A DNA stretch of 64,000 bases from Heptranchias perlo (lineage: Eukaryota). The position numbers and the translations under genes were made by a program. Below, one piece after another: positions 23,090-35,344 of this stretch. Location of the stretch: positions 3,038,001 to 3,102,000 of the forward strand of contig NC_090343.1 in NCBI RefSeq assembly GCF_035084215.1, given 5' to 3'. The notes beneath the pieces are model-generated. The model was not told where the DNA came from, did no database searches, and worked only from the letters and a program-made list of their open reading frames with translations. Positions within the stretch are counted from its first letter, which is position 1; every line of letters starts with the position of its first letter.

Positions 23090-26000
23090 ACAGCAACAAA
23101 ACAAATCTGCAGTGTGACGTCACAGGTTAGGCAGGTCGGTGGTTGGTGGGGAGAATCTCTTCTGTTTTCTTCTTTCTTCGGACTGTGGGCTCAGTAACTT
23201 CGAGCAAAAAACTACATTTAAATATAAACTAAACTTAATTTAATAAATTAAACAAGGCCAGTACTTGGTTCAACATAAAAGTAATTTGATTGGCATTGTA
23301 GTAATGAATTAAATAAATAAAATAGTTATGACAGGGCAGGAGATGTGTTGCAGCTGCAATATGTGGGAGCGACTGGACAGTTTTGTCCAGGGCGACTACA
23401 TCTGCGGGAAGTGTCTGCAGCTCGAGGAACTTTGGCTCCGAGTCGAGGGGCTGGAGTCCGAGCTGCAGACATTGCGAGGCATCAGGGAGGGAGAAAGTTA
23501 CCTGGACACTCTGATCCAGGAGGCAGTCACACCCCTTAGACTAAATACTGTAGAATTGGCCCGTGGTCAGGGACAGGAGGCTGTGACTGGAGTGAGGCAG
23601 GTACGGGGGTCCAGGAGGGAGCATCGCAGGAGCCTCAGCCTCTGCACTTGTCCAATGGATACGAGGTTCTTGCAGCCCTTGTGGACGAGCGCAGGGACTG
23701 CAGGGAGGATGAGCAAACTGGCCACGGCACCGTGGTTCAGGGGGCCATTCAAGTGGGGGGAGTAAAAAGGAATGTGGTTGTAGTAGGCAACAGTATAGTT
23801 AGAGGGATAGACACTGTTCTCTGCAGCCAAGAGCGAGAGTCCTGAAGGCTGTGTTGCCTACCCGGTGCCAGGGTTAAGGACACCTCCTCAGGGCTGGAGA
23901 GAAACTTGGAGTGGGAGGGGGAGGATCCAGTTGTCGTGGTTCACGTAGGTACCAACGACATAGGTAGGACTAAGAAAGAGGTTCTGCTGAGGGAGTTTGA
24001 GCAGCTAGGGACTAAATTAAAAAGCAGAACCACAAAGGTGATAATCTACTGATTATTACCTAAGCCACGAGCAAATTGGCACAGGGTAAATCAGATCAGG
24101 GAGATGAATGTGTGGCTCAAAGATTGGTGTGGGAGAAGTGGGTTTCGATTCATGGGGCACTGGCACCAGTACTGGGGAAAGAGGGAGCTGTTCCGTTGGG
24201 ATGGGCTTCACCTGAACCATCCTGGGACCAGTGTTCTGGCAAACCGAATAACTAGGGCGGTAGAAAAGGCTTTAAACTAAATGGAGGGGGGGAGGGCTCA
24301 GGTGAGGCGAAGTTTAGATTGATAAAGAGAAAAGACAAGGAAGTAGTACAGGAAAGTGATGGGGGTAATGATAAACAGAGTGTGTCAGGAAGGGACAGAG
24401 CGTACAAACATAAGAGTGCACCAGCAAATGGGGCCAGGGGAGGAAAGAATGGTAAAAATGCAAAATTAAAGGTTCTTTATCTGAATGCGCGCAGCATTCG
24501 TAATAAGATAGATGAATTGACGGCACAAATAGAAACAAATGGGTATGATCTCGTGGCCATTACAGAGACGTGATTGCAAGGTGACCAAGGTTGGGAGCTA
24601 AATATTCAGGGTTATTTAACATTTCGGAAGGATAGGAAAAAAGGCAAAGGTGGTGGGGTAGCTCTGTTAATAAAGGATGAAATTGGTATAATAGTGAGAA
24701 ATGATCTTGGCTCAGAAGATCAAGATGTCGAATCAATTTGGGTGGAGGTAAGAAATAGCAAGGGAAAGAAATCACTGGTGGGAGTAGTACATAGGTCCCC
24801 TAACAGTAGCTACACTGTAGGGCAATATATAAATCAGGAAATAAGGGGGGCTTGTAAAAAAGGTAATGCAATAATCATGGGCAATTTTAACTTTCACATA
24901 GATTAGACAAATCAAATTGGCAAAAATAGCCCTGAGGAGGAGTTCATAGAGTGTATTAGGGACTGTTTCTTAGACCAATACATTGGGGAACCAACCAGGG
25001 AACAGGCCATTTTGGATCTGGTAATGGGTAACGAAACAGGATTAATTAATGATCTCAAAGTAAAGGATCCCTTGGGAAGCAGTGATCATAACATGATAGA
25101 ATTTCACATCCAGTTTGAGAGCGAGGATCTTGGGTCTGAAACTACTGTATTAAACTTAAATAAGGGCAATTATAAAGGAATGAGGGCGGAATTGGCTAAA
25201 GTGGACTGGGTAAACAGATTAGATGGTATGATGGTAGATAAGCAGTGGCAAACATTTAAAAAGATATTTTATGACTTGCAACAAAAATATATCCCTGTGA
25301 GGAGGAAAGATTCCACAAAAAGGGTGAACCAACCATGGCTAACTAAGGAAGTCAAGGATGGTATCAGGTTAAAAGAAAAAGCATACAACATGGCAAAGAT
25401 TATGAAAACTTTAAAAACCAGCAAAGGATGACTAAAAGAATAATAAAGAGGGAGAAAATAAATTATGAGAGTAAACTAGCAAGAAATATAAAAACTGACA
25501 GTAAAAGCTTCTACAAGTATATAAAAAGGAAGAGGGTAGCTAAAGTAAACATTGGTCCCTTAGAGGATGAGACTGGGGAAATAATAATGGAAAACAAGGA
25601 AATGGCAGAGGAATTGAACAGATATTTTGTATCTGTCTTCACAGTAGAAGACACTAATAATATACCAATAATAGTAGAAAATCAAGGGGCAAAGGGGAGG
25701 GAGGAACTAAAAACAATCACTATCACTAGAGAAAATGTACTAGGTAAATTAATGGGTCTAAAGGCTGACAAGCCCCCTGGACCTGATGGCTTGCATCCGA
25801 GGGTCTTAAAGGAAGTGGCTACAGAGATAGTGGATGCATTGGTTGTAATCTTCCAGAATTCACTAGATTCTGGAAAGCTCCCAGCGGATTGGAAAACCGC
25901 AAACATAACACCCCTATTCAAGAAGGGACTGAGACAGAAAGCAGGTAACTATAGACCAGTTAGCCTAACATCTGTCATTGGGAAAATGCTAGAATCCATT

Positions 26001-27340
26001 ATTAAGGAAGTAGTAGCAGGACATTTGGAGACTCATCATACAATCAAGGAGAGTCAACATGGTTTTATGAAGGGGAAATCGTGTCTGACAAATTTATTAG
26101 AGTTCTTTGAGGAAGTAACGGGCAGGGTGGATAAAGGGGAACTAATGCATGCAGTATATTTGGATTTCCAAAAGGCATTTGATAAGGTGCCACATAAAAG
26201 ATCACTGCACAAGATAAGAGCTCATGGTGTTGGGGGTAATATACTGGCATGGATAGAGGATTGGCTAACTAACAGAAAACAAAGAGTCGGGATAAAGGTC
26301 ATTTTCAAAATGGCAATCTTTAACTAGTGGGGTGCCGCAGGGATCAGTGCTGGGGCCTCAACTATTTACAATATATATCAATGACTTGGATGAAGGAACA
26401 GAGTGTCTTGTGGCCAAATTTGCTGATGATACAAAGATAGGTGGAAAAGCAAGTTGCGATGAGGACACAAAGTGTCTGCAAAGGGATATTGACAGGTTAA
26501 GTGAATGGGCAAAAATCTGGCAGATGGAATATAATGTGGGAAAATGTGAAGTCATCCACTTTGGGAGGAAAAATAAAAAAGCAAAATATTATTTGAATGG
26601 AGAAATACTACAGAATGCTGCGGTACAGAGGGATCTGGGTGTCCTCGTACATGAAACACAAAAAGTCAACATACAGGTGCAGCAGGTAATCCGGAAGGCA
26701 AACGGAATATTGGCCTTTATTTCGAGGGGGATGGAGTATAAAAGCTGGGAAGTCATGCTACAACTGTACAGGGTGCTGGTGAGACCACACCTGGAGTACT
26801 GCGTACAGTTCTGGTGCCCTTATTTAAGGAAGGATATACTTGCATTGGAGGCAGTTCAGAGAAGGTTCACTAGGTTGATTCCGGGTATGGGAGGGTTGTC
26901 TTATGAGGAAAGATTGAACAGGTTGGGTCTATACTCATTGGAGTTTAGAAGAATGAGAGGAGATCTTATTGAAACATACAAGATTCTGAGGGGAGATGCT
27001 GAGAGGATGTTACCCCTCATGGGGGAATCTAAAACTAGGGGGCATAGTCTCAGACTAAGGGGTCGCCCATTTAAGACAGAAATGAGGAGGAATTTCTTCT
27101 CCCAGAGGGTCGTGAATCTTTGGAATTCTTTACCCCAAAAAGCTGTGGAGGCTGAGTCATTGAATACATTCAAGGCTGAGTTCGACAAATTTTGATCAGC
27201 GAGGGAGTCAAAGGATAAGGGGAAAGGGCGGGAAAGTGGAGTTGAGGTAAAAATCAGATCAGCCATGATCTCATTAAATGGCGGAGCAGGCTCGAGGGGC
27301 CGAATGGCCTGCTCCTGCTCCTATCTCTTATGGTCTTATT
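23090..27340 (+). mobile_element. Near-full-length decayed CR1 LINE: ORF1 (zinc finger/leucine zipper + SGNH esterase, ~23328-24279) and ORF2 (APE endonuclease + RT, ~24280-27195), with stops and frameshifts
   Basis: CCSC..YICGKC; VVVGNSIVRG, HVGTND, DGLHLN; LNARSIRNK, ITET, SDHN; PGPDG, NYRPVSLTS, YLDFQKAFDKV, PQGSVLGP, KFADDTK; 3' UTR tail. Confidence 0.95.
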
Positions 27341-27910
27341 ATTTATATAGCGCCTTTAACATATAAAGACATCCCAAGGTGCATCACGGAGATGTAATCA
27401 GATAAAAATGGTTACCAAGCTAAAGGAGGAGATATTAGGAGGGATTGGTCAAAGAGCTGGGTTTTAAGAAGGGTCTTAAAGGAGGTGAGAGAGGCGGAGA
27501 GGTTTAGGAAGGGAATTCTGGAGCGTATGTCCTAGACAGCTGAAGGCACGGCCACCAATGGTGGGACGAAGCAAGGGGTAAGCACAAGTAGTCATAATTG
27601 GAGGGGAGAACGAAGAGTTCGGGGGTGGGAGGAGGTTACAGAGATAGGGAGGGGCGAGGGCCATGGAGGGATCTGAAAACAAGGGTGAGAATTTTAAAAT
27701 CGAGGCGTTGCCAGACTGGGAGCCAATGTCGGTCAGCGCACACAGGGGTGATGGGTGAACGGGACTTGGTCCGAGTTAGGATACGGGCAGCAGAGTTTTG
27801 GATGAGCTGAAGTTTATGGAGGGTGGAGGAAACGTGCAAGTGGTCTACAGACTGGAATGTTCCTGCACCTTCGCACATCTGCAGAGGTGAGACCAGAAGC
27901 CTAGCTTGCA
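27340..27910 (-). mobile_element. L2 3' fragment with a non-L2 5' extension
   Basis: LQLIQNSAARILT..., HWLPVWQRLDFKIL, RAFSCLG..L.NSLP motifs. Confidence 0.8.
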
Positions 27911-28086
27911 GGGGATCATAGATATACTGTCACTCTGTCACAGTGAGTAAGTGCCACCCACTATACTGAGGTGCAAGGCCACGTAGGGATTTAAACAGGT
28001 TCTGTCCATCCCTACGCTCTTGTCTCCTACAGCTTTCTAGGTCATGTTCACACGGTTTAATCGGAGATTGAAAACTCGATGCTGAC

Positions 28087-28190
28087 CTTTTCTTGTCCGA
28101 CTCTCTCTGATCAGGAAGGATCCCACTTTATTTTCTGGTTGCAGAATTGTTCTCTGTGCTTCTTTGCCACTTATTGCTTCAAAGAACCAT
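28087..28190 (-). CDS. Divergent SrcB-like kinase, SH2 exon 1, 104 bp (WFFEAISGKEAQRTILQPENKVGSFLIRESRTRK)
   Basis: TTTTCTCACAG acceptor and GTCAGC donor. WFF and GSFLIRES motifs. 104 bp is the canonical Src-family size. Confidence 0.92.
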
Positions 28191-28259
28191 CTGTGAGAAA
28201 ACGAACACAAACCATATTATCAGTTCTGATAGTTTCAGATTTGCTGTTGTCCGATGTTT

Positions 28260-28690
28260 AAGAACTCACATTTATATCATGTCCTCAAGACATTCCAAAG
28301 TGGTTCATAGCCAGATAATTACCTTTGAAGTGCAGTCACTGTTGTTATGTCGATAAACGTGACAACCAATTTGTGCATAGCAAGATCCCACAATGAGATT
28401 AATGACCAGTTAATGTGTTTTAGTGATGTTGGTTGAGGGCTAAATATTGGCCAGGACACCGGGGAGAACTCCGCTGCTCTACTTCGAATTGTGGCCGTGA
28501 GATCTTTTACATCCACCCGAGAGGGCAGGCAGGAACTCAGTTTAACGTCTCATCCGAAAGACGGCACCTCTGACAGTGCAGCACTCCCTCGGTATTGGCA
28601 CTGGGAGTGTCAGCCTGAATTACATGCTCAAGTCGCTGGAGTGGGACTCAAACCCATGACCTTCTGACCTCTGAGCCAAGCTGACACTTA
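28260..28690 (-). mobile_element. Deu-domain SINE
   Basis: Same core as 16521-16985. Confidence 0.8.
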
Positions 28691-28844
28691 TTGTGGGATT
28701 TTAGCAATGTATTGATTGGGCTAAACTGCGACAAACACAAATTTTACTCAATCATTTCAGTTAGGCTACAGGTAATAACAAATACCTAGAGAGAGTTACA
28801 GGATGGAATCCAATCACAACAAACTCAGGCTGGTAGCTCATGGA

Positions 28845-29975
28845 ATCATAGAATGATACGGCACAGGAGGAGGCCATTCGGCCCATCGTGCCTGTGCCAG
28901 CTCTTTGAAAGAGCTATCCAATTAATCCCACTCCCTTACTCTTTCCCCACAGCCCTGCAGATTATTCCTTTTCAAGTATTTATCCAATTCCCTTCTGAAA
29001 GTTATTATTGAATCTGCTTCCACCGCCCTTTCAGGCAGCGCATTCCAGATCAGAACAACTCGCTGCGTAAAAAAAGTTCTCCTCATCTCACCTCTGGTTC
29101 TTGGCCAATTATCTTAAATTTGTGTCCTCTGGTTACCGACCCTCCTGCCGCTGGATTTGGTCTATTCTATCCAACCCCCCAATTTTCTGAATACCTCTAT
29201 TAAATCTCCCCTTAACCTCCTCTGCTCTAAGGAGAACAATCCCGGCCTCTCTAATCTCACTGCTTAACTCTTTTACACAGAGGAGTGTGAGGCTGTGGAA
29301 TCCACTAGAGGAGTTAGCTATTGAAGCAGAGACCATGTCAGCATTTAATAGGTTAGATAGGTGGTTGAAGGAAAGGGGGATAAAGGGAAACGCGGAACAG
29401 GGTGAGGTACACGGGATTAGGATGCTGCTCATGTGGAGGATAAACACCAACACGGACTGGATAGGCCGAATGGCCTGTTTCTGTGTTGTAATCCCTGTGT
29501 AATCTGCTTAGTGAAAGGTGCGTCTGACTCTCCTTACCTGGCCTGTCCTGGTAAAATGATTAAACACTGTTGGGCGCTGCATTGCAGCGTGACCCTGACC
29601 ACCTCCTGCTTTGCTCCTCTCCTCCTGTGAATCCCAAGCGATGCCTCCCTCCTCTGCTTTATAAATGGAACTTGAAGCTGCTCAAACACCTTCACACACT
29701 GCATTTACTCAAGCCATTCAGGAGAGAAATTTGGAAACACTTCTTCACACAAAGGGTGGTAGAAGTGTGGAACTCTCTCCCACAAAAAGCACTAGATGCT
29801 GGCTCAATTAATAATTTTAAATACTGAGATCGATAGATTTTTGCTAGCTAAGGGTATCGAGGGATATGGAGCCAAGGTGGGTGAATGGAATTTGGATGCA
29901 GATCAGCCATGAATCTCATTGAATGGTGGAACAGGCTTGAGGGGCTGAATGGCCTCCTCCTGTTCCTATGTTCAG
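28845..29975. mobile_element. Cluster of CR1 3' fragments (28845-29260 -, 29270-29500 +, 29710-29975 +)
   Basis: FFTQRVV..WN.LP motifs and CR1 3' UTRs. Confidence 0.7.
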
Positions 29976-30018
29976 GGTGTATTTAAATTAGTTTGGCTAA
30001 CAGCAGCCAATCACCTAC

Positions 30019-30108
30019 TTTTCCTCCTCCAGGCGTGGGATATCTGCACTGTAGTCACTCATAGTCTCTGTCCTGGTCAGAGGCCTTGTGGGCCGATAGT
30101 CTTCTAAT
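30019..30108 (-). CDS. Putative 90-bp phase-2/2 exon upstream of SH2 (LEDYRPTRPLTRTETMSDYSADIPRLEEEK), possibly a degenerate SH3 C-half exon
   Basis: TTTCAG acceptor and GTAGGT donor. Joins in frame to WFF. Ends LEEE like the Src-family SH3-SH2 connector (LE.EE). Confidence 0.55.
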
Positions 30109-31014
30109 CTGAAATATGGAAATCAGAACTATAAACATTACACAGAATGTACAGCACGGAAACAGGCCATTCGGCCCAACAGGTCTATACCGGCGTTTAT
30201 ACTCCACACGAGCCTCCTCCCTCCCTACTTCATCTCACCCCATCAGCATATCCTTCTATTCCTTTCTCCCTCATGTGTTTATCCAGCTTCCCCTGAAATG
30301 TATCTATGCTATTCGCCTCAACTACTCCTTGTGGGAGCGAGTTCCACATTCCAACCACTCTCTGGGTAAAGAAGTTTCTCCTGAATTCCCTATTGGATTT
30401 ATTAGTGACTATCTTATATTTACATCTATAGACATAGATTTATATTTAGTCAGCACCTTACTGCATAGGAAGGCTTCAAAGAGTTTCACATAATTAATTT
30501 TTTTGGAGAGCAGTGACTGTTGTTATGGAGGTAACAGTGTCAGCAACGTGCTGGAAACGGCAGTGAGTTGAACAAGCAGTTAATCTGTTTTTGGAGGTCT
30601 GGTTGAGGAAGGAATGTTGGCCAAGGACTCCGGGAGAACTCTCTCCTCTTCAACACCCGCCTGGACTGGCAAGCGGAGCCTTGGTTACACCGAAGGATGG
30701 CACCTCCAACAATGCAGCACTCCCTCCGACTGAGCCAGAGTGTGAGCCTGGGTTATGGGTCAGTCTATGGGTCCTTACCCATGATCTCAGTGTTGTGGAA
30801 ATTCTTACTTTGCTCAGCCTTCTCCTCCACCTACAACCTACAGACTTGTAATACCCACAAACTCATTACTTGCAATTAACCTCACCTTCTCTCCTGCTCT
30901 CTAACCCAAATGCTGTCCTTCAATGTGGGCCTTTGTCCTTCACCTGGTCTTCTGAATCAAAGTACTAGACACAGTCATAAACTGGATAACAAAGGCAGGG
31001 TCACAGGAACCTAC

Positions 31015-31142
31015 CACGCCTCATTCTCCTCCTTCCCATCCAGTGGCCCCTCTTGCTCTTCCTCCAGTATACTCATGTAGTCACTTGGATGAAACCTTCT
31101 CTTCTGGTTATCAGAGAGACTGGGAACCACCAGTCATCAGAT
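31015..31142 (-). pseudogene. SH3 C-half exon of the kinase with an apparent 1-nt deletion (SDDWWFPVSLITRREGFI[fs]PSDYMSILEEE...)
   Basis: TTTTAG acceptor. WW...SL.T..EGFIPS.Y is the Src-family SH3 signature, but the sequence reads ATC CA AGT where ATC CCA AGT would be needed. Confidence 0.7.
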
Positions 31143-31372
31143 CTAAAATGGAGAAAAGTCAGTCTTTTCTCAGGTATTTGTCACAGTCGGTGGAAGACCT
31201 GAATTTCCCTCCATAATGTATTCACAAAATCAAACGGTGAGTGTGAGTGTGCACGTTTGTGTGTGAGAGTATGCGAGTGTATGTGTGAATGTGCGTGTGT
31301 AAATACTCGCCTATGGATGTGTGTATGCTTGAGAACGCACGTGTGTATGTGAGTGAGTGTGAGTATGTGTGA

Positions 31373-31967
31373 GCGCGGGCTCCGGGCTCCCCGTCTGCGG
31401 AGGGCGGGCTCCGGGCTCCCCGTCTGCGGAGGGCGGGCTCCGGGCTCCCCGTCTGCGGAGGGCGGGCTCCGGGCTCCCCGTCTGCGGAGGGCGGGCTCCG
31501 GGCTCCCCGTCTGCGGAGGGCGGGCTCCGGGCTCCCCGTCTGCGGAGGGCGGGCTCCGGGCTCCCCGTCTGCGGAGGGCGGGCTCCGGGCTCCCCGTCTG
31601 CGGAGGGCGGGCTCCGGGCTCCCCGTCTGCGGAGGGCGGGCTCCGGGCTCCCCGTCTGCGGAGGGCGGGCTCCGGGCTCCCCGTCTGCGGAGGGCGGGCT
31701 CCGGGCTCCCCGTCTGCGGAGGGCGGGCTCCGGGCTCCCCGTCTGCGGAGGGCGGGCTCCGGGCTCCCCGTCTGCGGAGGGCGGGCTCCGGGCTCCCCGT
31801 CTGCGGAGGGCGGGCTCCGGGCTCCCCGTCTGCGGAGGGCGGGCTCCGGGCTCCCCGTCTGCGGAGGGCGGGCTCCGGGCTCCCCGTCTGCGGAGGGCGG
31901 GCTCCGGGCTCCCCGTCTGCGGAGGGCGGGCTCCGGGCTCCCCGTCTGCGGAGGGCGGGCTCCGGGC
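31373..31967. repeat. 29-bp GC-rich minisatellite (GGGCTCCGGGCTCCCCGTCTGCGGAGGGC)n, ~20 near-identical copies, preceded by a (GT)n-like tract (31230-31372)
   Basis: Tandem repeat visible. Confidence 0.95.
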
Positions 31968-32244
31968 ACTCTATTCGCCTGGATACCCTGCCAGGACCCC
32001 TTGTGCCAACGGCAGAGTACGACACACAAAATGCCAGCTCCAAACTTGTTTTCACCAAACCCTAAACATTTTCCCAACTAGGAACATAGGTAGGCCATTC
32101 AGCCCCTCGAGCCTTTCTGCTACGAACAAGACGGAAAAAAAACACAGTTCTTTTACTAATGGGGTGGGTGGGGGGAGAGGGAGGGAAGAAAGGAGGGAGG
32201 GAGGGAGGAGGGAAGGAAGAAAGGGAAAAAGGGAGGGAAGAAAA

Positions 32245-33040
32245 AGAACTTGCATTTATATAGCACCTTTCACAACCTCAGGACGTCCCAAAGGGCTTTA
32301 CGGCCATCAAAGTATTTATGGAGTGTAGTCACTGTTGTAATGTAGGAAACGTGGCAGCCAATTTGCGCACAAATGAGCGCAGCTCCAACAACATTCAAGA
32401 AGCTCGACACCATCCAGGACAAAGCAGCCCGCTTGATTGGCACCCCATCCACCACCCTAAACATTCACTCCCTTCACCACCGGCGCACTGTGGCTGCAGT
32501 GTGTACCATCCACAGGATGCACTGCAGCAACTCGCCAAGGCTTCTTCGACAACCGCAACCTCTACCACCTAGAAGGACAAGAGCAGCAGGCACATGGGAA
32601 CACCACCACCTGCACGTTCCCCTCCAAGTCACACACCATGCCGACTTGGAAATATGTCGCCGTTCCTTCATCGTCGCTGGGTCAAAATCCTGGAACTCCC
32701 TTCCTAACAGCACTGTGGGAGAACCTTCACCACACGGACTGCGGTGGTTCAAGAAGGCGGCTCACCACCACCTTCTCAAGGGCAATTAGGGATGGGCAAT
32801 AAATGCCGGCCTCGCCAGCGACGCCCACATCCCATGAACGAATAAAAAAAGTGGGATTTTTATGCCCACTTGAGCAGGCAGACGGGGCCTCGGTTTAGCG
32901 TCTCATTCAAAAGACAGCACCTCTGACAGTCCAGCAGTCCCTCAGTACTGCACTGTCAGCCTGGATTGTGTGCTCAAGTCACTGGAGTAGGGCTCAAACC
33001 AATGACCTTCTGACTCAAGAAGCAAGTGTGGTACCCAGTG
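32245..33040 (-). mobile_element. Deu-domain SINE split by a plus-strand LINE 3' fragment (32373-32850)
   Basis: SINE tail at 32245-32372 and head at 32850-33040. The insert has LDTIQDKAARLIG...WNSLP...AHHHLLKGN and an A-rich tail. Confidence 0.8.
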
Positions 33041-33439
33041 TAGTGTAGAGCGGACAGCTCTTGGGGGGGGGTGGGGGGACTGAGATAGATTCCTGATTTC
33101 TGCTGAATGTGCTAATCTCTGTCAGGACAGCAATTGGCCTCAGTGCCCGCAAAGAAAATCAGCTCGAGTTCCTGCTCCAGGGTAGCTAACCGGTGCATGT
33201 TGGGTAAGGCCAGGATTGGCTTGGACGCGATGCTGCCCATGGTCGATCAGTCCGCCAGGACTCTCATGTGAAGAGTGGCTGATAGGGCGAGACAGCGGAG
33301 GGCAGCAATGGCAGTGTATCCGAGCAAGATCAGCACCTCCAGCAGAGAAACTGGTATCAAAAATGAATTGAGAAGATGGTAGCTTCTGAAAAGATTAAAT
33401 TCCAGTAAATCGTATGGGCTGTGTGTAATGAATCTCAGA

Positions 33440-33710
33440 GGGAGAGAGGGAAAGAAAGAGAGAGAGCGCGCGGAGAGAGAGGAACAGAGGGAAGAGGGGA
33501 AAGAGAGAGCAGGGGAAAGAAAAAGGGGGGTAGAGCAATAAGGAGGGAGAAAGAGAGAAAGGGGGAGGGAGAGAGAGACACACAGAAAGAGAGGGTGAGA
33601 GAAAGGAGGGGTGATAGAGAGATAAGGAGGGAGAAAGAGAGAGGCAGACAGACAGAGAAAGATAAAGAGGGAGAGAGAGGGAGGGGGAAAAGGGAGAGGG
33701 GGAGCGAGCC
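33440..33710. repeat. GA-rich low-complexity purine tract
   Basis: Degenerate (GA)n. Confidence 0.85.
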
Positions 33711-35344
33711 AGTGGGTAGTGGAGTCATTTGGAGCCGGGCAGGTAGGTCGAGTGGGGAAACGGCCTGAGGGGAAGTTTGGGCATTGAGCGGCTGGAGGGC
33801 AGGGAAAGACTCTCAATCACAACGGATATGTATTTTTGAAAACGTATCTCTAAACTTCCCCGTCTCTCCACCTCTCTCCCCTCCATAAAACCCACTTCTT
33901 TGACCGAGCTGTTTTTTCGCCCCTCCTATTGTCTGCTGATCCCTCTGTGAAGTGCCTTCGGATGTTTTACCTGCGGTAAAGGCCAAGTCTAAATGCAAGT
34001 CTCTCTTTCTTTAATTGCAAGCTGTTCTTGCTGCTTCACTTAACACAAGCTGATTATATTTTCTCAGGAACAGATTTCTCTTTGACCTTATTGTATGTGA
34101 ATGTTGAAAGTACTCGTGAAATCGAAATGGTTGCAGGGGAGTGGCTAAAGGTTCATTGGGAGATTAATTGTTCAGAAACAGGACTGATAAAATAAGACAA
34201 ATGGGATTGTAATATCGTTTGGAATATTTCTAACTGGTAATTGTGCAGGAAACTCCCATTTTTGCAACTAATTGCCTTTTTTTAAAAAACCTGAATCAGC
34301 CATGGCCCCGTTGATTGCGGCTCTGATATAATCTCCACTGTATAGAGCCAAACAGAATTAAAAATAAATAACACAAGGACTGGAGGTCGCTGTGAACTCA
34401 CCGTTGACTGGCTCACCTCGGAATGGGAGCCCGCACAATCCCAGATATTCCCGAGCCTCTGAATCAGTCCCAGAACTAGCCCGACTCTGACACTGAAACG
34501 GTGTACACATTCACACTGAAATAATGAGCAGTCACTCGAGAACAAAACCTATCTTATCAGTGCACAGAAAGTGCAAAGTACACCAGACTTTAGCTGGGGG
34601 CGGAAGAAAGTAACAAGTTTCAGAAGGTTTGTCTCTGAACTGAGCAAACACTCCGACAGGCTGGGAAGATGTTTAGGCGAGCAGAGATTTCCTGAACCCT
34701 GCACTGCACTGTCCAATGAAACCAGACTCGCTGTGAGAGCCACACTCGGACAGTGCCATTACTCAGGGTGTGGACATTCTTGGAGCGGAGCAGAGCAGCT
34801 TGTTGTTTCAAAGAGGGTAAATGGAACACCTGCTGGCTTCCATCTCCTCAATGTGTAAACAGGACTGTGCATCCTGAGCAATAGCACGGGACCCTGAGCA
34901 GGTCGGGTGAGAAGTTCAAAGCTTGAGGTAAATCGAGCTCGACTTCATTAATCATTAACGATTTTTTTTTTATATTACCTATTGCAAACATGACTTTTCA
35001 TGATCGCAGCATTCAGTATCATTGTCTAGTAAACTGTAGGGCCCCAAACTGAACCTTTGCACAGGGCCTCCTGCAAGGCAAACACCTACCTTATGTGTAA
35101 TAATACGAAGGATCACTCCAGCTCAGCTCCCAGTCTGGCGGCAGAGTGGAGTGGTGTGAAATGAAACTCCTTGGGAACAGCTGTCCCACACATTTGGGTG
35201 TGACACTTGTAGAGGGTATAGCGCCAGTGTGATATAAACTGGGCGTAAAAACTCACACACACACTGGGTCAAACTGTTTGAGAAAGCACATGATCCTGCC
35301 TACATCCTTAAAACACTTACACTCCGTTTCATGGCACTGTAGTT

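Noticed and set aside
21808-23104. Long Pro-rich (extensin-like) ORFs
   Set aside because: Translations of a G-rich tandem repeat, open in several frames.
23328-27195. Active RT/endonuclease gene or a novel RT system
   Set aside because: Ordinary CR1 LINE with in-frame stops (e.g. TGA at 24571) and frameshifts.
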